Assembly (NCBI GenBank): GCA_002269645.1
Contig: NIVC01001713.1
Coordinates: 124,001-188,000, forward strand
DNA length: 64,000 nt
From: Macrostomum lignano
Taxonomy: Eukaryota
Direction: 5' to 3'
Shown in pieces: positions 12,773 to 24,721 of this stretch. A program made the translations under genes and the position numbers. Positions within the stretch are counted from its first letter, which is position 1. Every line of letters starts with the position of its first letter. The notes under the pieces are model-generated. The model was not told the origin of the DNA and ran no database searches. It saw only the letters and a list, made by a program, of their open reading frames with translations.

Positions 12773-15418
12773 TGTGGTGGAGGCGGCGGCTGCTGATGCA
12801 GTGGAGTCTGCGGGTACAGCTGCGGCGGCTGCTGCTGCTGATGAAGATGCTGCTGCTGAGCCTGGAGATGGTGCTGTGGCAGCTGCTTAGCGTGAGCCTG
12901 TGGTATGTTAGGGTGCTGAGGCATGGGCGTCTTACTCGCCACCTGGGCTTGCATGCCGCGCTGCTGCTGCTGTTGCTGTTGATGATGAAAAGCCGCGCCT
13001 GCTGCTGACGGCGCTGCTGCTCCCCTGCTGTCGTTCAAGTGCGGCGGCGGCGGCCTGCTGAGGATGGATGGACTTCACGTGCGATCGGAGAGACGATTTG
13101 CTGGCGTAGCTTTTGCTGCAGTGCTTGCACATGAATTTGTGAGCTGGCTGAGCTGCCACCTGCTGCTGCGGCTGTTGCAGCTGCTGCTGCTGCTGCAAGT
13201 GCTGGAACTGCGGATGTTGCGACTGATGCAGCTGCTGATGATGCTGCGGGTGATGCTGCTGCTGCATCAGCTGCTGGTGGTGCTGGTGATGATGCGCAGC
13301 CGGCGGAGCGCCGCTAGCAGCTGCGGCGGCTGCGGCGGCCATGTGCGGCGCGGCGAAGAACTGCGGCGCGTACATCATCTGGGCGGCGGCGGCAGCGTGA
13401 TGCGGCTGCATAGCGGCTGGGAACCCAACTGCGGCCGCGGCGGCGGCGGCGGCGGCGGCAGCTGCCCCAGGCTGTCGGAAATGTTGATGAGCAGCGGCCG
13501 CCAGCTCGTGCGGCTGTAAGTGAGATTGAGACTGCTGCTGCGACTGCTGCTGTTGCGGCTGCTGATGGTGATGATGCTGTTGGTGATGGTGCTGCAGGTG
13601 CTGCTGCTGCTGCTGTACGGCCGCTGGACCGCCGGCTGCCATGCCGGGCACCTGCGGTTGCTGCGGCGGCGGCTGCGGCGGCATGGGCTTGCGCGGAGGC
13701 ACCCTGGGCGCGTGATATGCCTCGTATTGTTCCACGTCGATGCTCTCGGCGTTAGCCAGAATGTCGTCCAGGCCTGTCATAGCAGTGCCAAGCGATTTCC
13801 AATCCTTCGGGAGCGACGATTGCGGCGTCTTCTGCTGTTCTTCGGCCAATTCTGCCGGCTTCTCGGCCTGGGCCTGGTCGGGCTCGGCAGTGTCCGAGTC
13901 GCGCGGCTCGGCCTCGCCTAGCGACACGCCGCTCGTGTCCAACAAACTGACGCCGGTGTCGGCAGTCGGGACGGCGTTCGCCGAACTGGCACCTTCGCCA
14001 TCGTCGCCGCGAGCCTGCTCGATTGCCGAAGTGTCGACGGCGGTAGAATCCTCGGCTGCTAAAGATTCGCTTAAGTTAGGCGCAGCGGAGTCTTCAGTCT
14101 CTACTATTGGCTTTTTTGCGTCATTGCCATCTATGCCAGATTCAGTAGTTTCAGCTGCCGCCGTTTTTTCATCAGTGGCAGCAGTAGTTGATTCTAATGC
14201 GGAATCCGGAACAGCATCGGCAGCAGACGGCTCCGTATTGAGCTTTTCTCCATCATTCAGAGCGGGCGCATCGTCTTCTGTAGCAGTCTCGGGCATTAAG
14301 GTCTCGTCTTGAACAGTAGGCTGCTTTTCTGGCAATTTCTCTGACTGGAATTCCGGACCGCGCTCGATGGAAGGCTCAGTCTCCATAGTAGCAGGCTGAG
14401 CTGCTGCAGCTGGGGCAACCGTTGGCGGTGCTAAATCTTCTTTTTCCAACTCAGCAGACTGCTTAATTGATTCAATAGACTGTTCAACCGACTCAGCAGG
14501 TTGCTCTGTCGACTCAGTGGACTGCTCAATCGACTCAACAGACTGTTCGACTAAATCAGCATTAGCAGGCTGCTCAATTGACTCAGCTGACTGCTCAACT
14601 GACTCAGCTGACTGCTCGATTGACTCAGCTGACTGCTCAATGGACTCAGCTGGCATCTCAACCGACTCAGCTGACTGCTCAACCGACTCAGATGGCATCT
14701 CAACCGACTCAGCTGACTGCTCAACCGACTCAGATGGCATCTCAACCGACTCAGCTGACTGCTTGATCGACTCAGCTGACTGCTCAACCGACTTAGCTAA
14801 TTGCTCAATCGACTCAGCTGACTGCTCAACCGACTCAGTTGGCACCTCGACTGACTCAGCTGGCATCTCAACCGACTCAGCTGGCATCTCAACCGACTCA
14901 GCTGACTGCTCAACTGACGCAACTGGCATCTCGATTTTCGCGGCTGACTGCTCAACTGACTCAGCAGTAGGCTCAGCCGATTCAGTACTCTGCTCAACTG
15001 TGTTTGACTCAGCAGGCTGCTCAGGCGGCCCAGAAGAATCGAATTCCTCTCCTAATTCAGCACCAGACGCTTGCTGCTCCATTTGAAACACCTCCGATGC
15101 AACTTGAGGCTCTGGCCGATCAGGCATAGATGATTCAGCAATGTTATTTTGACCTCCGCCAAAGTCTGCCACTTCCTGAGCTCTATCAGCTTTGACAGGC
15201 TCCATCTGTGCTTCAGTATTAGGCAATTGTTCTTTCAGAATGCTTGTGTCTGTTGGAGCAGTCAGACTGGAGTCCAAAAGTTCTCTAGCAGCAGCAGGGG
15301 CTGCATTATCTCTGATGGGTGGCGCACTGTCACAGTTGGAATTTTGGTCATTAGAGATGGCATCAGCTGGTGGAGGCGTCGGTGACTGAGCATCAGCCAT
15401 GCAACGGCAGCCATGCAT
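9368..15418 (-). CDS. C2H2 zinc-finger protein with polyQ/polyA tracts and an N-terminal acidic heptad repeat; complement(join(9368..9759,10942..~15400/15418))
   Basis: Four C2H2-type fingers: FMCKHCSKSY..SHVKSIH; CPVRNCSQVF..RHIAEMH; CPWPGCGKMY..AHTCKH; CQLCDYRC..RHHRQC. Phase-1 GT-AG intron 9760-10941 joins ...SSDS to AAKPDPYRSF...NHRYPF*. Apparent frameshifts near 12772, 12996 and 13023; the last two are absent from the duplicate copy. Confidence 0.8.
9845..10920 (+). repeat. Intronic satellite: ~20-21-bp GTGTGGGATTTCGATTCTCA units, then ~31-bp GTGTGGGATCATGACTTAAGGTGTGTGATTT units
   Basis: Tandem units fill the last intron of the zinc-finger gene. Confidence 0.95.
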
Positions 15419-16384
15419 TAATTCAATTAGTAGAAGTAATTAAACTTTTAACTTGATATTGCTTATTTGAATTTTTAAATCAGTTTCTATGTACCATTGT
15501 GCTATTCTCTAAAACCTATAGATAAGAAGTTGTAAATGATGCCTTCTAACTAAAATGCAATTAAAGCATCATTTTTCAATAAAATACCTGTCAATGTTAA
15601 CTTAATATTTTCAGATAACTTTGCCTGAAAATATTTTGTTTATCAGTATCCATTTTAAAAATTAAATGCTTCCTAGAAAGTGACAGGACAATTTAAACAT
15701 ATTTTAGTAGCAGAATTAAAAAGTTAAATTTTATCAATAATTTTTTCTATGTTTTCATAAAAATTATTCTATAAACTAAAAAGTTTTTAAATAGAAAAAT
15801 AGTAAAAACCAAAATGTAAGACCAAATAATATATTTCCACTTTTAATCTTTTTAACAATTGAAAATCTATTTGTAACTTAGATATCAGTCAAAACAATAT
15901 GTTCAAATAGCTCAATTAGATAATAAAAAATACAATACAGAAATATCAAGTTTAAATTCAAGCTTTTAAATCTTAAGTCCATTATACTAAAATAAATTCT
16001 TTTATATAGAGCTCTCTAACTCATATTTTACAGTTTAGATATATACGCTTGTATATTTATGTGGGGAAAATTGTTCCTGTCTTTGAAATATCATTATTAA
16101 AATATTCATTGAAAAATTACTTTGTTTAGATATCAGATAGAAAAAATTATATTCTAGCTTTACTAATACTTATATTAATGGCAAATATCTATATTAAAAT
16201 TATATTTTATTTACTTATTCAAGCTCTTGAAATTATTTATGGTAAATTATAACTATAACTAGGCCCTAAAATTACAATTTATATGAGACTTTTAGGTCTG
16301 TATTATACAAAAAACAGTATACTAAAATAATTAATTAATAAGAGATTGGTATCATATTGGGATACAACTTATAACAACCAACTT

Positions 16385-17246
16385 TACAATGTTTATCCCC
16401 AAAGTAAGTTTCCCTCATATATAACTTAGCACTGAAGATGCTCAGCTAAGTGCCATGTATATTGTTGCTTTTTTGTCTATGGCCTAACCCCAAATAGGTT
16501 GTTAAGTCCTAGCATGTTTTTGAGTTGCATGCCTGCAACTCAAGCATACAACCCTTTGCAACCATGGCCACATTGAGCTCATTCTCTTGCTACAACTGTG
16601 CTATCTAGAAAATTGATATCAGAGATTCACCAAAAACTTGTAAGATTCCTAGGAGAAGCTACACTATTTATTCAAATGGTCAAGAAGTAGGTGTGGGAAA
16701 TTTGAGAAGGATGGGACTGCACAGAAGACAAAGAGCATTCTGGATAACCAAAGTGAATGCTAAGTATTATTGATGGGTGCTTCAAGAGAAACTGCAACCA
16801 GTGATAAGGAAAAAGCAACTAGGCCTTCCGGAGAAAGGTATCATCTTCCATTACTACAACACCCCAATGCATTAGGCCAGATAGGTTGAAGAGCTGCTCA
16901 ACTCCTAGAACTGAGAAATTCTCTACCACTTATACTACTTGCCTGATTTGGTTCTAGCAGACTTTAATCTGTTCCCAAAGATAAAAGAGAGCCTTTGTGG
17001 CTAGCAGTTTTGGATCTGAGGAGCAGATGAACAATAGCACTTCATCAGCTTTCCAACATCTGGGAATCGCCAGCTGCAAGCCTGATTTTGAAGTGTAGGT
17101 GCATTGCTAGGAAAAGTGCATTGAGCTTGGTGGCCAATTTATAGAATGACAAATACTTGAAGTTGTGGCTAGACAAATTATATATTTTTTAAACTTTGCT
17201 TACTATTAGCAGCTGACTGAAACTTACTTTTGGGATATACCTTATA
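16385..17246 (+). mobile_element. Decayed, internally deleted Tc1/mariner element (copy 2)
   Basis: Same TIRs and transposase remnant as 3488-4345. Confidence 0.75.
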
Positions 17247-20200
17247 GTCTTCTACTTGTTGAATATATAATTATAGATTTAAAATAGTTTATAAAAATAT
17301 TTTAATTAATCTTTTAATATTAATATTTTACAATTTAACAATTATTATTTTAAAACAAAAATTAAAACAGCTTGATTTACTCAAATATAATAAGTGATTT
17401 TTATAAATAGATATATAGAAATATTTCCTAATGTTTATACATAAAAAGTTAAATGATCTCATTTTGCTTATATATTTTTATAACCATGGCAATATATATA
17501 CTTGACAAGGTTCTTATGTCTTATAACCTAATACCATTAAACACTAGCTAACTTAGTTGATTTAGCCTATATAATTATAAATTATAGACAATAATAGTAT
17601 CCTAAAAAATAATAAATCATAAAATAAATGATCTTTTATATATTTATTTACTTTTTTAGTCAAGGTATAAAACAGTTTTTTTTAAAACTAGTTTATTTAT
17701 CACATGGCTAATATAATTTTATAAGTTGTATATCAATATTGGCAGCATTTTTCTGTTATCTTTTTTGTCCTTTTTTTAGGAATAGTTTTCGTAGTTTTCA
17801 TTTTCGTAGTCGTATTCATATAATAGTAAAAATAATTTTCTTCTTATATTAACAATATTATATTAACATATTAACAAACAAGACAGCTATCTTTACTTGC
17901 TAAAGATACTGTAAAAATAGTTTACAATTTGTTACATACAATTTAGCTGCAATAAAATAGTACAACCTTGCTTTAACATTTGTCTAAGAACTATTCTTTT
18001 TATATTATTTTTACTTTATTTTTGAACTGTTAAACTATATGTAAGTTGGAAGAAGGGAAAGTGCCAGGTCAGCCAAGACTGGGCCTGAAACCAACGACTG
18101 CCAGGCTTTAGCTAGGTTGGGCAGAACTTGGCTGGTAGGCACAGCCGCAACTTCACTAGGTAAGCTAGTGGGTCAAGCCATGCTCATAGTAGGTCAGGCC
18201 AGGGCTGTAGCCTAGCGGTAGTGCAGCTGCACTGGTGTGCCAGTGACCTAGGCTCAATTCCAAGTGCAGTCACATTAATTTAGGGCTGAATTGCAATCTC
18301 AGCTTGGCTCTGCTTGTGTAATTAATAGCCTTGAAAGCCAACCTCCTAAGGCGCAGTGAAGTTTACATGCCTAACAATAACGATAGTATAAAGTTAGCCA
18401 CTATATATTCCTATGTGTGTGTGCCTGCGTATGTTTTCTTACACTTGTATGCCTGCTCAGGGGAGTCAGCAGAATGGGCAGTAATGCCTCTTGCCAGTTG
18501 TGTGCCAGGGTGCACACAACTCCCTACCTCTAATAAAATTAAATAAAGTTGAAAGAAATACATTTATGATTGAATAAATTATCATTAAAACAGAATAATC
18601 TAGAACTGATAATCTAGAACTGATTCAAGTCTATAGATCAATAGCTTTTTAGTGTCTTCAAGTTCCCTTATAAAAACTATAAACTATTTAGATTATACAT
18701 GCCAACACCTGTCCAACTTATCCAAACTGGATAAATAAAATGGCTACTAGCCAAGGAAGTTGCAAAATAAAAAATGGGAAAAAAGAAAAATTGGGAGAAA
18801 AAAAGGAGGAGTAGGCTTAAAACAAGTTATTCCTATGATATTAGGCCTATGCATAAGGATAAGCATTACCATTATGGCAGTAATATATATTTCAAATATT
18901 TATTGTTATGATTTAACCAGATTATAATTAATAGATAAGATATTTTAAATGTTTAAGATTTAAAATTAAAATAGAAATTTTTATATATACCCAGGTTTTT
19001 GCTAACAATAGGCCCTAGGCCTAGGTCTAAAAAATAAAATACAAAATTGCATCTAAGCCTTAACCCAGTCATATTTGAGGATATAAATTTAAATTAATTA
19101 TAAATATAAATACAATAGACCCTATAAATTTGAAGTCAAAATGTTATAAATCCTAGTTCCTAGCTAGTCTAAAACATTTTTAGACTAGACTATATGTAGT
19201 CGTAGACCATATGATTTATCTTTAAGAAAGAAACTTTTAGGCCTAAATAGAGCCATATGGGCATTAAAAGAAAAAAAAATTTTTTTTAACACCAGAAAAA
19301 TGTTTCTAAATTATCCCTTTACACTATAAAACCTTTGTTTCCATTATAAGAAACACATTGCAGCTAAGAAAAAGCATTTTCTGAACCACTGTTTTTTTAT
19401 TCATTTTGGCTTCAATTTTATATTCCTCCTAAAAAATGGTCAACTTTAAAAATAGACAGTGCAAAAAGTATAACAAAGCTAGACTTGCAGTTGGTGTCAT
19501 TTGAAAGAGCTCCTTTTTACCTTTTAAATGCATATTTTACTTTCATCCTGGCTTCTATAGTTTCTTTAAAATCGCCCTTGAAAAATTGGACTTTTTTCTT
19601 ACTTTTTTGCCATTGGCACGCACTTCTTATAACTCACTGAAGTCCCTACCTAAAAAGAAATAATGCTAGGCCCTGGCCCCCTATCATTTTATATAAATAT
19701 TGTAAACCATATATAGACTATTTATTTGGTAGTACTAGTATTCTATGCCATGTAGGAATCTTTTAAGCCTACCTAGGGCCTAGTCTAATAATTAGGCAAT
19801 AACTCTACATAATGTAGGCCGAGAAATTTATTTACCAACTACTGAAATACATTGAGATACTAACATTGATACTATGTTCCCCCAGTCTATCAGTGCACAA
19901 TGTGTTAAATGGATTCAATCTTCAATGTGCAGTGTGCAAGCGTACAAGTTAAAAGAATTCTTGGGACAACAATTAGGTCTAGACCGTCTAGGCCTATGGC
20001 ACAAAACATAAGCAGGTCTAGCGGGTAGCGGCTACTGGCTAGCGGCCTTGGCTTAATAGGTGAACACTAAGTTGACCGCATACCTTTTAATTTTGTTATC
20101 ATCACTGATAGTATGCCCTAGTCATAGTGCAATAGGTCGAGTATCTGCGTACAAATTGTATGCGAATAGGCCTAGCGCTAGATTGTCTATTAACAAGACT

Positions 20201-21149
20201 TGTTTAGAAATTTAATCAAGCAATAAAGTCTTTTCGCGCGAATTTAAAATGTCATATCATGTTAAAAAGTATTTTTTTACTTATTTAAAACTTACAGTTA
20301 AAAAACATTAACATGAAAATATAATTATCAAACATAATATAACTTACTAAAAAGAAATAAAATAAAATAATCTTTGTTAAACATACTACTTTCAAGCCGT
20401 TGTATTTTCAAGGAGTTAAAATTCGAGGAGTTGAATTAAAAAACTCTTCGTAATTTGTTCAACTGCATATTATTTGATTAAAAGTAAATGCACACGATGG
20501 TACTGCAAGCAGTTATGCTTCGAAAATTTCGAGTGAGTATTAGTGATTCAAGAAAATTAAAATGGTAAATTAAATGCTCACGAAAAAAAAACAAGAAAGC
20601 TCTGGAATTAAGGGTCAGTGTTTTTAAAACATTGGCATGAATGCATTTTTTTATATATAAAAAACAACACTAATTAGTTTCTACTTACTTTCTGAATTGC
20701 TTATTTCTGAATTGCTCCATGTAATTCTGATACAACAGGCTTACAACACTCATAAACAAAATTACAGCAGTTTGAACTTTCAAGTTTCGTCGTAACGAAA
20801 CGAATTCGAATACTTAATTACAAGGATTACTGAATATAGCTATATACAGTGGTCCTTGACTAATTGTCCAGAAGAGGGTTTTTTCTTGTTGCCGAAACAA
20901 TTTTACCGGAAGTCTTGTCACTGAAACGGCTGTAAAAATCCTATAAGTTGTTGGCTTTGTTTAAAGAAATTAATCGCAAACAATAAATCACAATGGTAAA
21001 TTTTTACGTCCTTTCTTCCAGCTGGTTTTTGTTGATCTTGAAATCTTCTCTCGATTTGAATAATTTGTTCAGTTGTTTTATTTTTATCCCTTGACTTAAA
21101 GAAGTCCTTTGATAAGTTAAATGCAGCTAGGCTTCAGCCTCAGAGAAGT

Positions 21150-22145
21150 ATATATATATAATATATAAATTAGGAATCAGAGGGGCCGGAGGCCCCTTGC
21201 GCGCATGCGTTCGCAGAACAGCTAGGCGAGAGGGGCAGGCAGCATGCAGCAGCCTGAGGGGTCAGCACAAGCCTGCAAGTCAGCGATGACGCAGTCGGTC
21301 AGAGTGGCAGTGCGGGCCTGGTCGCGGCGCAATTGCTCGGTCGGCCGGTGCAGCATGGCCAGGGCCAGAGGGGCGGGTGCACCGCGGCTCAGGGTCCGTA
21401 GAAGTTGCCCAGCAGCATCTGACGGAGTTCCAGCGCGGGCTATCGGAGCATTGGTCGGCAGGCGCTCCGGGTAGTGCACGCCTAGCACGTAGCGCAGCAA
21501 CGATCGGTAGAACGCGTCCAGGACTCGCTCTCGCGTCTCGGTCATCGGCTCTACGGCCGCGCGGAATTGGCGCACCTTCAGGTCGTCTCTGGCAGCTGAA
21601 TTATTGAAGACGTTCCTGAGGAGGTGCGCGGCGCGCTAGGCCTGGTTCAATTCCTCCTGTCGGAGACAATGACATCGGGGTTCATCACCCAGTGCGCCGA
21701 GCTGAGGTACCGGGAGTCCTCGCACACCGCGATGCGGGCTCCATTGGGCAGTAGGAGAGATGGGGCGGTATTCGTGCCCACGTGCAGCGCCTCCGTCTTG
21801 TGAGCATTTACCTGGAGCCCAACCCTCGTCGTAGAGCTTTGCGAGAGCGCGCTGGGCGGCAGAACAGCGGGATTTCGTCAGCATACGCGAGAGCGGGAAG
21901 CGAAACAGCAGGATGTCTGAAGCTTCGGCGTGGGACCAGCAACTAGCTGTCATCCTCGCGGAGGGACCGACGAAGCACGTAGTCCACAACCACGAGGAAG
22001 AGCAGAGGAGCCTGCAGCGGGTCGCCCTGAAGGACGCCCGAGCTGGTGCCAAACTCTTCTGTGGGGCCATCGCTCGACATGACACGACAAGCCCTGGAGT
22101 CGCGGGTCGAAGTCCATCACCGCGCTCACCAGCGCAGCAAAAGTA
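21150..22145 (-). mobile_element. 5'-truncated, decayed non-LTR retrotransposon (LINE) reverse-transcriptase fragment
   Basis: Across frameshifts the minus strand reads FGTSSGVLQGDPL..LLFLVVVDYVLRRSL, LPALAYADEI, GLQVNAHKTE, matching the LINE RT QGD/YADD/GLxVNxxKT motifs. It contains stops and frameshifts. Confidence 0.8.
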
Positions 22146-22944
22146 GCATAACTAATTGGTACATAAAGCTGTTTCTAATTACATGTTCATTCATGTTTGT
22201 TCTGACATGCATTTATACCTGCTATTTTTTAATCATAATTTATAATCTCGGCTACAATAAAATGTATTACTATATACGAGTAGTAATTATGAACTACAAT
22301 TTACATGATATTTGATGTAAAATTATATTCCAGATCAATTCCATGTAGATCGAGGTCCCGACTGCGGTATTACTGCAGGACGGACCTCTCCAATATACTA
22401 CCGCTGATCTTTACCTGAAACGTGATACTGTATTATAAGTGCTTGAATACTCCTTGCTTGATAAGAGTCAGGCGAGTCACATACGTAATCTCTTAAAGAT
22501 TTCGGCACGGATTAGGCAGCAATTTTGAAGTAGCGATCCTCATTGATTAAGTAGGCAGTGCTGAAATTCGATATTTTTAGGTTTCCCAGTCAATTTTTTA
22601 ACGTCATGCTCAGCTATTTTCAAGTGGTCTCAGGGTAACCCGCGGGAACCTCTGTAAAAAGTAATCGAATGAAAGAAATGGAATAAATTATTGTTCGTAG
22701 ATTAGACGATATGCAAATTAAAGCAATTAAAAAATTACTGTAAAAAATGCGAAATTGTTAAAAGATTAAAATAAAAAAGCCTGGAATAGAGGTTGTTGCA
22801 CAGAAGCAATTACGCTACGTGTTCGATCATACAAAGTCTGCTGAATCAATTTTTTTTCGACTCAGATCTACACCGGCTGTCGAAATCTTTGTGAATGCAT
22901 GCTCTCTCTTCTCTCTGCTTTATATCAGATCAATAGCAGATATC

Positions 22945-24290
22945 AGATACAATATCAGATCATGACGTCACACAATGTCAGATCATGACGTCACGTCACA
23001 CAATATCAGATCATGACGTCACACAATGTCAGATCATGACGTCACGTCACACAATATCAGATCATGACGTCACACAATATCAGATCATGACGTCACACAA
23101 TATTAGATCATGACGTCACACAATATCAGATCATGACGTCACACAATATCAGATCATGACGTCACACAATATCAGATCATGACGTCACACAAAATCAGAT
23201 CATGACGTCACACAATATCAGATCATGACGTCACACAATATCAGATCATGACGTCACACAATATCAGATCATGACGTCACACAATATCAGATCATGACGT
23301 CACACAATATCAGATCATGACGTCGCACAATATCAGATCATGACGTCGCACAATATCAGATCATGACGTCACACAATATCAGATCATGACGTCACACAAT
23401 ATCAGATCATGACGTCACACAATATCAGATCATGACGTCACGTCACACAATATCAGATCATGACGTCACACAATATCAGATCATGACGTCACGTCACACA
23501 ATATCAGATCATGACGTCACACAATATCAGATCATGACGTCACACAATATCAGATCATGACGTCACACAATATCAGATCATGACGTCACACAATATCAGA
23601 TCATAACGTCACGCAATATCAGATCATGACGTCACACAATATCAGATCATGACGTCACACAATATCAGATCATAACGTCACACAATATCAGATCATGACG
23701 TCACACAATATCAGATCATGACGTCACACAATATCAGATCATGACGTCACACAATATCAGATCATGACGTCACACAATATCAGATCATGACGTCACACAA
23801 TATCAGATCATGACGTCACGTCACACAATATCAGATCATGACGTCACACAATATCAGATCATGACGTCACACAATATCAGATCATGACGTCACACAATAT
23901 CAGATCATGACGTCACACAATATCAGATCATGACGTCACACAATATCAGATCATGACGTCACACAATATCAGATCATAACGTCACGCAATATCAGATCAT
24001 GACGTCACACAATATCAGATCATGACGTCACACAATATCAGATCATAACGTCACACAATATCAGATCATGACGTCACACAATATCAGATCATGACGTCAC
24101 ACAATATCAGATCATGACGTCACACAATATCAGATCATGACGTCACACAATATCAGATCAGACGTCACACAATATCAGATCATGACGTCACACAATATCA
24201 GATCATGGTGCCGCACAATGTCAGATCATGACGTCACACAATATCAGATCATGGTGCCGCACAATGTCAGAGCATGGCGTCACACAATAT
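22945..24290 (+). repeat. 23-bp satellite CACAATATCAGATCATGACGTCA (roughly 55 units, most with TGACGTCA)
   Basis: Tandem units visible directly. Confidence 0.95.
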
Positions 24291-24721
24291 CAGTGACGGT
24301 GCAGTGTTGAAGTGTAAAATCAGCTATTATGATATTTCAATTGTCACATTCAGTAAAAAATTTATTAATTATTCAGAGCGCGCATCTCGTTTTGCATCTG
24401 CAGTCGCATCATCCAAATAAAAGAGGCTGCGGAGGCTCCGTTCCATTTTATAAAAGTGGAAATCAATTCAGTCGGGAAAAATGAGAATTTAATGGAATCC
24501 CGTATCAGTTTTGCATCTCAATAAGGGATTGAATTTTAATGCATTTTGCTAGAATTTTAAACTGAAAGTAGCCCCCTATTGAATGTTGAATTTTTTCTGG
24601 ATTTATTCAACCAAGTCCTTGAATATTTAAGTAAGGATGATTTTTTATAATTATCTTCTTTATGACATAATTGCTAATGAGTGCGGCGCAGCGGCCACTT
24701 CTGTTGAATAATTAATTGAGA

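Noticed and set aside
20232-20243. E2F-like site TTTCGCGC near the CpG transition
   Set aside because: Single short motif with no TSS evidence.
22945-24290. CRISPR-like appearance of this and other regular arrays
   Set aside because: Units are head-to-tail without unique spacers, there are no cas genes, and the context is eukaryotic.
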